Assembly (NCBI GenBank): GCA_036172245.1
Contig: JAYWIR010000012.1
Span: forward strand, 3,534,001-3,598,000
Origin: Raillietiella orientalis
Taxonomy: Eukaryota
Length of the DNA: 64,000 bases
Direction of reading: 5' to 3'
Shown here: piece after piece, positions 41,364 through 52,599 of the stretch
How positions within the stretch are numbered: position 1 is the first letter of the stretch
Layout: every line of letters begins with the position of its first letter
The notes under the pieces: generated by a model
Told to the model about the DNA's origin: nothing
Databases searched by the model: none
The model's input: the letters and a program-made list of their open reading frames with translations, nothing else
Program-made: the position numbers and the translations under genes

Positions 41364-43169
41364 ATGACCTCTGAGTTGTTCTGTCTCAAATGGAATACAC
41401 ACCAACCTACTTTGGCAACTTGTTTTTCACAGCTCTTTGAAAAGGATGAGCTGACTGATGTAACATTAGCAGCAGATGGGCACATGGTGCGTGCTCACCG
41501 TGTTGTTCTCTCTGCTTGCAGTCCCTACTTCCAAGTATTATTTTTATTCCTTTCTTCTCTGATAATCAGTGCTTTTCTTAGGAAATTTTCCTTAAGTGCA
41601 GGGAACACCATCCCGTTGTAGTTTTAAAGGATGTATCTTACAGTGACCTATTGCTTTTGTTAGAATTTATGTATAAAGGAGAAATCAGTGTTCATCAAGA
41701 AAAATTAGTGGCCATCTTGAAAGATGCTGAATCACTGCAGATACGTGGTCTCAGTGATGAACGAATTTATTCTGGAAATTGGTGCCCTTATAAAAGAGTC
41801 CCACCACCTTGTGACCTATCTCCTTCAAGGAAAGATTCAAAACTGAGAAAAATTGCAGATCCTGACCTTAAAGAAGAGCCAGCAATTGATGGGCAGCAAC
41901 ATGCTGAGAAAATGGCAAATTCTTTGCAAACAGAAATCTTGAGTTTAACTGAAGATCCTGAAGAAGCCAATGAGCACTTGGAAGTTTTGCTGGGAAGCAT
42001 GAAAAAAGAGGCAAATGATACCAAAGAAGGTAATTAAATCCTAGTTTTTCAAGTTAAAATTCATGGTTGGCTAATCTAGTGAAACAGGAAATATTAGTTA
42101 GCCCTTATTGCTGTTTGTACTGACAGTAGGAATGATTGTTAAGTTTACTCCCAACCATTTAAAACGTAAAAAGATTTCTGTTCTTGAATTTGTGCACTTA
42201 GTTTTCCCAGTAGAACTACTTTTAAAAATACAGTCACAGTTCCCTTGCTGAAGGTTGCTGAGTTCCTAGTCCCTATCATCTTGAAGTATACAGTGCCTTC
42301 CATTTTGCCAATCTTTTTTCATTCAGTAGTCATTAATAATGTTGATGTAATTGCATTCCATTTTAACAGCTGAAGTGCCACCTTCTCCATGTGGCTCTGT
42401 GTGCCAGTTTGCCTGCCATGTGTAATGTTGTGTCCTCTCTGTAGGCGCCTCCTTCCGTCCAACATCTCCCTTATGGAATGTTCATGTAATGCGGAAAAAT
42501 GAGGCACCTTCAATATCAGAAAAAATTTTTTTGCTGAATGTTTCTGAAGAAGAATTAAGTGAAGCATTACAAAGCTGTGTTAAGCCCAACTCCCCTTATA
42601 CTATTGAAACACTTAAGAATGCACTGCTGGCTTTCCTGAAATGTGGGAAGACCATTTCAGAGGCCTCCTTACGTTACAGCATCAAACGGACATCATTATA
42701 TGTGTACATGAGCAAAGTGTACCTTGAAGTGTTGAAGAGCAGGCAACAGCGCAGTCTGCACTGATCCATGTTCCTGTCTCTATCTCATCCCAAATGATAT
42801 ATCCCATCCTTTTCAGATATTCTGGAAGGATACCATCAGAGTGCAGAATACAGTAGTATTTGCAGCACTGCCGAAGGAATGCTTTTGCCTAGTGATAGTG
42901 CTGATGAGATTCCTCGTATGTCCCGGACATCTTTACAAAGAATACGGCAAGCTCTAATGGGAATACCTGAAGACAAATGGGACAATCTTTTGCTTGTGTC
43001 TCCACGGTATGGTGGTGATACACTAAAGGCTGCTCTTTTGGAAGTCATTAAAGAAGGGAAAACAGTGACAGCTGTTGCACAATTTTATGGTATTAAAAGG
43101 ACTTCATTGTATCATCACATACATAAAATTCTTTATGAGAGAAAACATAATATGGAGTTATTTGGATGA
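41364..43169 (+). CDS. Tramtrack-type BTB protein with pipsqueak-type HTH terminal exons (lola/bab/psq-like)
   Basis: Exon 41364-41534 (FCLKWNTHQ...TDVTLAADGHMVRAHRVVLSACSPYF) and exon 41582-42029 (HPVVVLKDV...FMYKGEISV...AESLQIRGL) with a phase-1 donor. Phase-1 acceptors at 42444 and 42816 open ORFs 42445-42764 and 42817-43169, each with a Y..ETLK.AL......GKT...A...Y.IKRTSLY HTH. AATAAA at 43260. Confidence 0.88.
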
Positions 43170-44201
43170 TTCTATCAAGAAATTTACGAATACCTTTTTA
43201 ATGACTAATAATTTAAATGTAAATTTCGTAAACTAATTCATTTAAATGTCGAGATTTTCAATAAAACTGTATTGGAATATTGTCATTTTTGAATTGTCTT
43301 GTAGCCTGTCACCTTCCTATGTTCAGAAGAACTTCTAATGTATTTTACAATCATGTTGTTATTAAGTTTTCTTTTCAGATTAGGTCTCAAAAGGAATAGA
43401 ACATGACATATTTATTTTGTCCAACATTCATACTTAAATATGTTATTCCTATAAAAGTATGTAATTTGTTTTCAGAAGTAGGCTATATGCCCCATAATTT
43501 ATCCGATGTGTATATCAGTGGCTGAATTTTTGTACACCCTTATGAAAGTGTCAACACATTTTGTACCCTCAATGGATAAGCCTTCATGCTCACTGATCTC
43601 TGTTGCTTCATGGTCATTGTTCTGTTTTGTGAAGCTGTTGTTTGAAAGCTGTAAATGTATGCAAAAACTAATCGTATTCCTTCCACTGGAAAAATGGTAA
43701 CAAGAATTAACTAATTTTACAAGGAAATTATTTCAAGATGCAATCTGCAATTACGAAACTGAAATGATTTTTGGAAAGTGATGCAATTTCTTAAAGAAAT
43801 TGATCGCAGAGTAACAACTGGATACTTCAAAGAGGTGGTTCTAACTCTTTAAGCTTGCTACCTTACCATGAACTTTGCCCTATGAGAATAAACCTTCCTT
43901 TGCATAGTGCACTCCATGAAATTTGTGTTAATTTGACAGAGTTTTGTTGAAAAAAGAGATTGTCTAATAAAATCTTTAATCCATAAACACGGTAGAGTAA
44001 ACTGTACACACTTATTGTGTCGAAGTTTGCAAACTACTCCGAGGGGGTAAGATCAGTAGATATTCAAAGCAATAAAATGTAACGCTTTGAAGACGATTTG
44101 AAGTTACGACTTCCAAGGAGTCTCAGGTACCGGGTCTTAATTTTTTTTTTTTTTTTTTTGCTTTCACAGAATTCCCTTCCGACTTCAAAAAAGGTTAATT
44201 C

Positions 44202-45212
44202 GTTTTTACATCTTTCAGAACATTTTATCCAAAGATAATTTATTTCCCACAACTGAAGAGATTAAATCGAAGAGAGATGGTGGAGTCAGGCAGATGCAAA
44301 TCATTCATACTCAACCACAAACCGGTGCAGGAATGTGACCAAATGTAATAAACAATATTAAACGAATCTATCCTTTATTAATCCCGCAATGAATGGCGTC
44401 GTCAGAGAAAATTAAGTCTAAAGCGAAATTTTTTGCAAGGGCGATAAAACGAGGAAATCTTTGAGTATTGGAATCTTGAAGAAGTGAAGGTTTAAAGTTT
44501 CAAGTGGACAATGTGGAATTAAGTGTGCAAATTTATCGAGATATAAAACGTTGGTTGGGTGTAAAAGAGCTAATGTTGATGTAGAAAGAAGGTAAAATGG
44601 CCATCAGACGGATATCGCTTGTTCAAATGCAATCTCAATTTGTGGAAGAACAACTGGACAAAGTTTTAAATTATTAATGCAGGAAAAAGTAATTGAGATA
44701 TGGGAATTAAGCCATGCTGTTGCCTTGTAGCATCGCAATACCACATACTGACCATCACCGCTCGGTGGCACTGCTTTTTTATGAGTCTTCACCTCTTGTC
44801 CTCCGAGGCACATCACTGTAAGAACGTCAGAGAATCTCCCGAGGGTATTCCTAAAGATATTCTTATGAATCCAAATTTACTTAAGAATCATATTTACTTT
44901 GTACAGAATCTGTCTTTGAGAATTTAATGGAGTGACAATGCAATGTAATAGAGCGGTGTGTCTTATTTTTGTTTCAGCATTGGAAAAAAAAACAAAAACA
45001 ATTTTACTTAATTCTCAGGACTAAAATAAACAACGTATCATAGTATGCTTTCCATTTTCAAAAATTGTCTTTTGTTATTTCAATAAGCAAATTTCAACAA
45101 GTTGATGAGCACCTGTTTTTACATCTTTCAGAACATCATTTTATCCAAAGATAATTTATTTCCCAAAACTGAGATTAAATCGAAGAGAGATGGTGGAGTC
45201 AGGCAGATGCAA
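44202..45212. repeat. Near-identical 98-bp direct repeat (44202-44299 and 45115-45212)
   Basis: gtttttacatctttcagaaca..ttttatccaaagataatttatttccca..ctga..gattaaatcgaagagagatggtggagtcaggcagatgcaa occurs twice with small indels. Confidence 0.9.
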
Positions 45213-45299
45213 GTCTAACTCAATTAACACGGAAAGTGGGGGAAAAAAAACTTTTTTTTTTTACTTCTAGTTTCCATGAGTGAATTGTTTTGGGATCGG

Positions 45300-47450
45300 A
45301 TAAGACTCGTAGAATTAACAGGATTTGAAGGTGGATTACTTTGTTCAGTAGGCTCAAATAAGACATTTATTAGATTCTCGGTAGTGTCTCAAAAACTAAT
45401 GGCTACTTTAGCTGTTAGCATTAAATAGAGCAAAAATATTTCGCAAAGTGGAAATTAGTTCCTCCGTGTGGACCATGAAAGGTTTGCTTGTGCATTTAGA
45501 ATGGTCATTCAGCACATCCTACACACATACAAATCTCTTTGTCAAGAGGAGCAACACACTATTACCTACGAGTAGAAAAGAGTAGACAGAAAAGTCATTC
45601 ACAGAATCACTTATGGTTGGGTTGAGGAAAAGCAATTCGAAGTAACGGAGAAAAGGACTTGTCCGATTTCCAAAAGAGAGAAGAAAAAAAAAAGAACTTT
45701 GAAACGTTTCGAACAGTCAGGAATGGTGAAAATGTACACAAATGTCTTCACGCACAAATGGGTACCATTTGTTGTGATGGTTGAGATCCAGGAATCAAAT
45801 TAACACTCATGTCTTAGGCCATCTTCGCTCCATCTGCTTCATCAGAATAGAAAAAACCGAAAAAGATAAGATCCTATTCAAAAGTACTGCCGTGGGAGAG
45901 AATGAATTATTGGAAAAATAGTTTAGCTTCACAAGGAGGCATCATCGCTAATTCCAAACCAGTGGCGTATCGTTCCAATTTGTAAACAGTGAAAATCAGT
46001 ACATAGTCAGAATGAAGTGGATTTGCGGTCCAGAGTGGAAATTTATCAAGCATCCCTTCATTAAAACTACTCACAGTCCTTGTATTCTCAACAAGTCGAA
46101 GGAGGTAATCCATCCACAAGGCATCGTCAATATTAGTAGGAACGAAATTTCATGCTTAAGATTTCTCACTGTAACAGCAAGATCGTTGATGAGCAATCGT
46201 TTTTTTAAATGATCAAGTGGCTCAAGTGCTAAGATCTGAGAAGAATTTTAAATGAAAAATATCCTGAGATGATCGAGCAAGTAAAAGTTGAGACCGCGTG
46301 GAGGTCGTTTCCGGTTATAGGTCAATCCATCGCGAGAATAGCATTCCTTGAAAAGAGAGGCACAGTTACGAAGGAAGGATTCTTTTTCGAACAAGAGTTT
46401 CTTCCCGCATTACTGAAGACAAACGTTCGTTCCAGGGATAAACTTAAGTTTGAGGTAATTTTGGAGATGTACAAGATCTATGAAAGCAAATTATTTGAGG
46501 ATTCAGAGCACGGGCTACAACTTTAGTGGCAGATGTCTACACTCGAATAGCCACAAATAAAAGAAACCTGGAACTGAAGAATACGTTGCAGTAGAGAAAT
46601 AGTATAGGTACGCTTTTGACAATATGATATGATACACAAATGAAATGGAGATTTGGTAAATGTAATGCAAAAATGAGGTGAACTGCGCCCTCGAACTGCC
46701 CCTGCAACTAAACAGGAAAAAGGGTGAACTCTCAAGGAAGCGACATGTGATGAAGCACTGCTCGACTGTAACATTCAGAAAACACGGGATCATGAGTAGG
46801 TCTCAGGAACCAAATGCGTGCTGGATGCTTTCTCATTTGCACTTTTCAAATGCATAATTTTCTTTAGGATACGCACAGTTGTGTGCATTTAGTTTGCAAG
46901 ATGTATTTGTATTCAGAGGGGGAATTCTTCCATGAGATGGAGATCAAGATCAGTTAGTTGCGAAGACTTCCTTCCTCAGAGAGGGCTGAAAGAAAGGATG
47001 AAGGATTGGAACAGTTGGAATTAGTCGCTGGGTCTTTGCAGTGCCGTGCTTTTGCCAACGAAAATGAGGACATCGTTTGTTCTCATTCCACAAGCACTTT
47101 GATTCCTCACCTTGTACTGACACGACGCTTGAGAGAAAATAGGAGATTAGGAGGAGCGACTTCAGATGTCGAGTCTTGGAAATGGATGATCTTCAAGAAC
47201 TTCGATGAAGCGTACGCATCACGGATGACCTGGTGCGATTGTGGGATGGGTAGCCGAAACGGCACGGAGAGGACCAAAGCGTCGTGGGTGCGGAATGTGG
47301 GTAGGCGGCGGTGATTTAGCGGAAAATGCAGCTGCGTCAACCCTGTGCAGATGCTACAAAATGGATGCTAAAAGCGGCGAGAGGGCAGGAAAGAGTGAAA
47401 TCCAGTTGTAGGATTGCTGCCGAAGGAGCATCTTGTTTCGGGTGTGAAAA
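45300..47450 (+). mobile_element. Highly decayed RTE-like LINE (reverse transcriptase remnant)
   Basis: Purine-rich broken frames with WL..., KIYESKLFEDSEHGL (K++E.++..RL-like) and AFANENEDIV (FADD-like) in the expected order. Confidence 0.4.
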
Positions 47451-47689
47451 TCTCAAGGAATGAATAGACAACTCAAACGAGGTGTGTGGTTGCGTTCACC
47501 GGGAACAGGAAGGAAGGACATCTAGAGGAAATAAGGGCAGCAGGATCCCCATGGGTATAACAAGGGTGTTCTTTAACTGTGATTGGTCCAGAATGAAAGT
47601 CTCTCCGTTTCACGAAACCAAAGTTGAAGAAATCAGGAGTGTTTCCTCGTTTCTGAAAGAAGGGAACCCTGGGTCTCGCGGCAAGGAGA

Positions 47690-48880
47690 GCTGGCAACCC
47701 TGTCGCGTCCGACAACAGTGAAGGCCGCGTCCGTGGCGTCTGCGTGGGCACCCGAGCCATGCAGATTCGAACCCCACCAGGGAAAAATCGACTCCGGAGA
47801 AATGAATGCGTCGTGGGTTTCGAATCTCCCCAACCCTCCCCTCAAGAAGGACACTGGGCAGCACGCAAGCCTCGGGTGAAGCTTGGAGACCGCGTGATCC
47901 CGTTGACTAACCGGAATTCCGGATAGACCCTCCTGGGTGTCCTTCCAGGAGTAAGGGAGCTTCAGGGCTCCCCTCCAGTTTGTGTCACGGCGTCGACCCC
48001 CATCTCGGGAGTTTGGGGGTTAAGGGGGGCAGGCAGAAAAGCCGTTCCACGATTTGCTGCTGTAGTGCATGTAGAGCGGGTCACGCGGAGGTCGCTGTGC
48101 CCAGGAAAGGGAAGAAGAGCAAGGAAACGGCGGAACGAATCCTGGAGAAGGGGGATCTGCTCGAAGTCTGGAAGAGAAACCCACAGTTCCTGAGCAAGCA
48201 TGCCGCCGCATCCTCCTCCCTTCCATGGAATGCATCAAGTAGAGGCGTGCGCACCCTCAGATCGATCGCATGTCCGGCTGTCTCGCTTCGGGCCGGAAGG
48301 GCCTCCGAAGACGGATCTCCCTGGTCTCCAGCCCGCTGCTGCGGCCCATCCTGTGTGGAGACTCTTGCGGGCTGTCTCGTTTACCCTGCCGTTCCCCGCC
48401 CGCTGACGTCATCGGTAGGGGAGAGGCTCCGGGCGTCCTGCTGCGGGAGTTTTGACCCCCTGAGACCTCTGGCCGACGGGACGAGCCCAGGAAGGAGCCA
48501 AAGTGGAAAAAAAATCCAAGGATAATACAAGGAGAGCTGTAGACGGCTGTTCATCCGGGAAGTTTTCCGTCCGGTCTTCGCCTCGGGGTCGTTCATTTGA
48601 TAAAAAATGGACTATTTGGAAACATGCTGGCTCCCAGCTGAATGAAAAGGAAGTTCAGGGGGAGGGTCCACCGACGCGCAGGTCGGGATATTCGAAAGTC
48701 CGGAACGGGAACGAAGGGAAGGAAGGCAAGCAAAAAAGATGAGGAAATCCGGATGGATGGGCCGAGAGTCTTTGGGCTCGCTCTGCAAACACCGCAAGAA
48801 ATGCATAAAATGCCAGGAAAGGTCTGGAGCGAAAGAGAGTGGGCAACAGAAAAGGAAAAACAAGGTAAATCAAGGGAGAC
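47690..48880 (+). mobile_element. L1/Tx1-like LINE fragment: tRNA-like head followed by AP-endonuclease remnant
   Basis: Head ...gattcgaaccccaccagggaaaaatcgac...tgcgtcgtgggtt matches the 26.9 kb and 51.4 kb copies. Downstream ILEKGDLLEVWKRNP, QIDRM and IWKHAGSQLNE resemble L1/Tx1 L.D.WR..P, SRIDR and WK.N.S.L.D. Confidence 0.55.
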
Positions 48881-48899
48881 TGGGGTCACCGGTGTCCTC

Positions 48900-50155
48900 T
48901 GTTCCTTTCAGAACCGGCGCTGGATGCCTCCTTCTCTTCTTCTTGCAGGTGGGACCACTTGGAAGCCGCCCTCACGTAAGCGGCTTCCGTGCCGGTGGCC
49001 TCCCCTTCTCTGCGCCGTCGCCTTCAACACAATGACACGGGCCATGAGCATGACACTGCGATGGTGCCGACCGCCTCACCCGTCGAAGGTCCTCCAGGCG
49101 TAAAGGACGCCGCAGCAGTCGTGGGCAGAATGTCCTCCCGGCGCAGGACCAGTCTCCGCCACAGTTCCCGGAGTACGCCGCCTTCGATTCTGCCGACCCC
49201 GCACCTGACCCGCACGTTTCGGGGATGCAACCCCTCCTCCCCCGGGCAAGGAAGGAGGGGGTGCGGGCGTTCGTTGCACCGGAACCCCCAGGTCAGGAAG
49301 AGCAGGGCAGCCTGCTGCTTCCAGGCGTGCGGGGAGGCAGAAGCGTCCAGGCATCGCGGGAGGGACCACAGGTTCCTCGGGGGCAGCACGCAGGATTCGG
49401 CTCCACTGAAGGAGCCTCCGTCGAGCGGCCTTCCAGCCTCCACGAAGGACATTCGAGGAAGTTGCGCCGGTGGCGATAAGACTTGAGCTTCGCCTGCAAG
49501 TTGCACAAAACTGACCGCACCAGCGCCGAGGGACCTCGCGATAGAGCGTTCCAGAGCACAACCTCACTGTTGCCCCATCGGAAAAACCCTCGAAGGATTG
49601 TGGAAACCTCCCCTTGGGGTTCCTCTCAGTTTTCCTGCTTCCCTTCCAGCTCTTTTCTTTCTTTTGGCTCCGAAGGAGTGCTACAGAACCGTAAGCCTCC
49701 TCAGGGGGAAGGGGGTCACCGAGCTCTTCAACGCTGCCCGCGCCACCGAGGGCGCGTGCAGCTCTTCGAGTTAGGGGGTACCCCGGGAGGGGACCACCCT
49801 GTGAATCCGGGGAGGCTCCCGAGGTAGGCGTCCGCTCCTCCCTTACTTTTCTTAGGAGGGAAGCCCGAAACGAACAACCTCTTTCTCACTCTCTCCGGAG
49901 GGGTACCCAGGAGGGGGGGGGGGGGGGCAATTCTCGTTTCTCCTCCGAAAGAGAACCGGGAAAGGATCGACTCCTGGAATTTCTTCTCCGGAGCTATCCC
50001 ATGAAAAAGGATCCACTTCCCGTTTCTTACTCCGAAGAGAACATCGAAGGATCAACTTCCCGATTTCTCGGGAGGACGCTCTCCGAAGGGAGCAGCGCTC
50101 TCCTTACGCACTGGAGATATCCTATCCCCGAAGAGGTGGGGTATCAACCAGCTCA
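48900..50155 (-). mobile_element. Inverted fragment of the same GC-rich LINE family (putative ORF1 end and ORF2 start)
   Basis: 49741-50152 is homologous to 26385-26722. 49610-49680 is homologous to 51160-51242 (KERKELEGKQEN versus KRKENQLEGKQKN). Confidence 0.6.
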
Positions 50156-50199
50156 AAATGCGTGAACAACTCGGGAGCTGACGGGCGCTGCCACCTCGA

Positions 50200-50900
50200 G
50201 TGTCCCATCCAAAGGACTGCTACGCTGGGGAGAGCGCTGGAAATCCTCCAGAAGAGATGAAGTTACCCCTCGCGTGCTGGAGCAGTGCTTCCCTCCCCCT
50301 AAAGTGGCAGGAGTCGGTGATCCTGCTGTTGCAGGGAGCCTCCCTTACAACGTCCGCCGACGTCATTGGACCCAAGGGAGTGCGAGCCCCAACTGCGGCA
50401 GATGCGGGGGAAGAGAGTCCCTCCCTCACCTGTTTGTGGATTGTGTTTCCCTCCTTCCCCTGTGGGAACGCTTTGTCGCGTCCCTGCGGAACCCTGTGGG
50501 CAATCCCAGAGATGTTCTGAAGCATCTCTTCTTGGACGACGCCATCACGCCGCCTGCATTCCCAGCAGCACTGTGCTGCCTACGCGGCGGGACCGTGGCT
50601 ACATGGAGCAATGCCAGAGGAGGCCAGGACGACAGAGATTCCATCTATTTTGCCGTCCTCTTCATGAGTACAGAGTCAAGATGGCTCCATCTGGGAGCCT
50701 TGAAACAGAAACTTTCCGGCATCCTTACAAGGATGCAGAGGGCGCCAACCAGCACCTAGTAATCCCTTCCCGAACCCTCCCCATTTTTTTTGTATATATT
50801 TTTTTTGTTTTCGTTTTCTTTTTTTTGGTTTTCCCTTCTCTGCTGCCGAGGAGAGCCTCTCCGGCCTGTGTGCTGGTTCTCCACAAGTTCTTTTTAGTAC
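50200..50900 (+). mobile_element. L1/Tx1-clade LINE ORF2 C-terminus (zf-RVT zinc finger) and T-rich 3' UTR
   Basis: ORF 50274-50759: PPKV...LPYNVRRRHW...SPNCGRCGGRESLPHLFVDCVSLLPLW, a typical zf-RVT C-x2-C...E(S/T)..HLF..C.....W motif. Confidence 0.85.
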
Positions 50901-50999
50901 ACTTATAACGTGGCAGGACCAAGCATCCTGATACGGGCCTATATGTTTATTTTTTATATAGATAAACGCCCCGTGCAACCGAGTGTCAAACCACCTCCT

Positions 51000-51460
51000 T
51001 GGTAACGGACTATTCTCCCAATGGGAGGGGGAAACCCGGAAAAATCGAGGGAAACCGACTTCTCGATTCCTAGAAGGACCCCTCAGGGTCAACTACTAAT
51101 CTCGACCACTCAACGGAGGCATCCGGCTCTCGGAAGCTCCATGTTCGAACAGACCAACCTCCCTTTGGATTCTTCCTCCATGTTTTTCTGCTTTCCTTCC
51201 AGTTGGTTTTCTTTTCTTTTTTTTTCTTTGGTTCGCTGAGTGATTAACAGCCGTTTGCTTCCTCGGGGAGGGAGGGGAGGGAGGGATGCCACAAGGCTCT
51301 TTGGCAGCGTCCTCCTGCGGGGGAGGGGGAAACTAGGAACCCACGACGCACCTCCCATCCTTCGGCGTCGACTCTTCCCCGGGCAGGATTCGAACCCGCG
51401 ACGCTTGGTACCACGTGCGGAGACGACAGACACGCGGCCGCGAACGCGCAGTTGTCGCTA
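51000..51460 (-). mobile_element. Third tRNA-headed copy of the GC-rich LINE family (internally deleted)
   Basis: The minus strand reads ...ggccgcgtgtctgtcgtctccgcacgtggtaccaagcgtcgcgggttcgaatcctgcccggggaagagtcgac, with a perfect B box GGTTCGAATCC. Confidence 0.65.
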
Positions 51461-51629
51461 AGTAGTGTTGTTGCCTAGAGGGAGGCAACCAGATGAAGGT
51501 CACGTGCCTGAGCTGCATTCCGTGATCCTTTCTGGAGCTGAAAACTCCCGCGCTGTGTCCACCCATCGTTCTTTTCAAACGGCGCCGCGGAGATGCCCGG
51601 GGACTTTCCTCCCGCATTGCACGATGGAT

Positions 51630-52560
51630 TCCTCCAGGGACTCGGGATCGACCGGAAACCACGCTCAAAGGCTGTTTGAGTGGAATCCTCTTCCGCATCG
51701 GACCTCCAGGATCTCACTGGAACATCTGCTGCCACCACCTCGCCTGGAGCCGCTGCTCAGGGCAGCGGCTCCAGGCGAGTTCGCGCCCGAACCCTTCTGA
51801 TGGCGCGCCGTTGCTATCCCCGTACCTGAGGAACTTGCCATCCTCTGTCAAGCGGTGCTCTGGAAGGCAGGAAAGGCTCTGTCTCGGCGGCTGGGCGCGG
51901 TCTCGATGCTTGAGCGCCATCCACCACCAGGGCCGGTTGCTTCGGCGTCGTTGACGACAACTCCTTGGAGGATCTCGACTTCCGTGGCCACCGTCCTGCT
52001 CTGACCATGGCAGCCAACGCTTTTCATGGGATCTGATGAGCACCGCCGTCGGGCGCGCGCAGCCCGACGTTTGGTTCATCCAATAGTACCACAACCCTGC
52101 TCATCAAAATGAACCCACTGGTGGCGCTCGTGGATCCGACATTGCGAGCTCCAGCATTCGAGGGCGAGCCGGACTTCTCATCCATTTCAAGTTTGAGGAT
52201 AGGCCGAGGTCATTTCGGCCTCAAGGCCTTGGATCATTCACTTTACCGGATGAGGCTCCGTTGTTTTCCCGCTTCAGAGAGCGCCAGCTATCCTGAGGAA
52301 AACTTCAGTGAGGGCCAGCAGCTACCAGATGGTTCGATTCGTCTTTCGCCCCTACACCCAGCTCCTAGAACCAATTTGCGTTAGGATCGCTGCGGACCCC
52401 CGCAAGAGTTTCCTCCTCTGGCTTCGTCCGCCAGGCACGGGTACACATCTTTCGAATCCCAGAGTTCCGACTTCCATGGCCACCGTCCTGCTCTGTCCGT
52501 AGCAACCAGTACCTTTCGTAGGATCTGATGAGAGTCGCATCGGGAGCCCATAACTCAACG
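51630..52560 (-). pseudogene. Degenerate 28S (LSU) rRNA-derived fragment with an internal duplicated segment
   Basis: The reverse complement contains ggacgaagccagagga.., gggtgtaggggcgaaagacgaatcgaaccatctggtagctg, tcctcaggatagctggcgc, ccggtaaagtgaatgat, cctatcctcaaactt, gcaggacggtggcca(c/t)ggaagtcg and ggtggtggcagcagatgttcc, collinear with conserved eukaryotic 28S core sequence but with many substitutions and indels. Confidence 0.93.
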
Positions 52561-52599
52561 TCCCCCGGATTGCCCAGCAGCGGGTTCGTCATTTGCGTC

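Noticed and set aside
51375..51455. Functional tRNA gene
   Set aside because: It has a B box, but I could not build a convincing cloverleaf or find a terminator, and diverged copies occur at 26.9 and 47.7 kb. Treated as a repeat head.
51630..52560. Functional rRNA gene or rDNA unit
   Set aside because: Fragmentary, with indels in invariant core motifs and no 18S or 5.8S found nearby.
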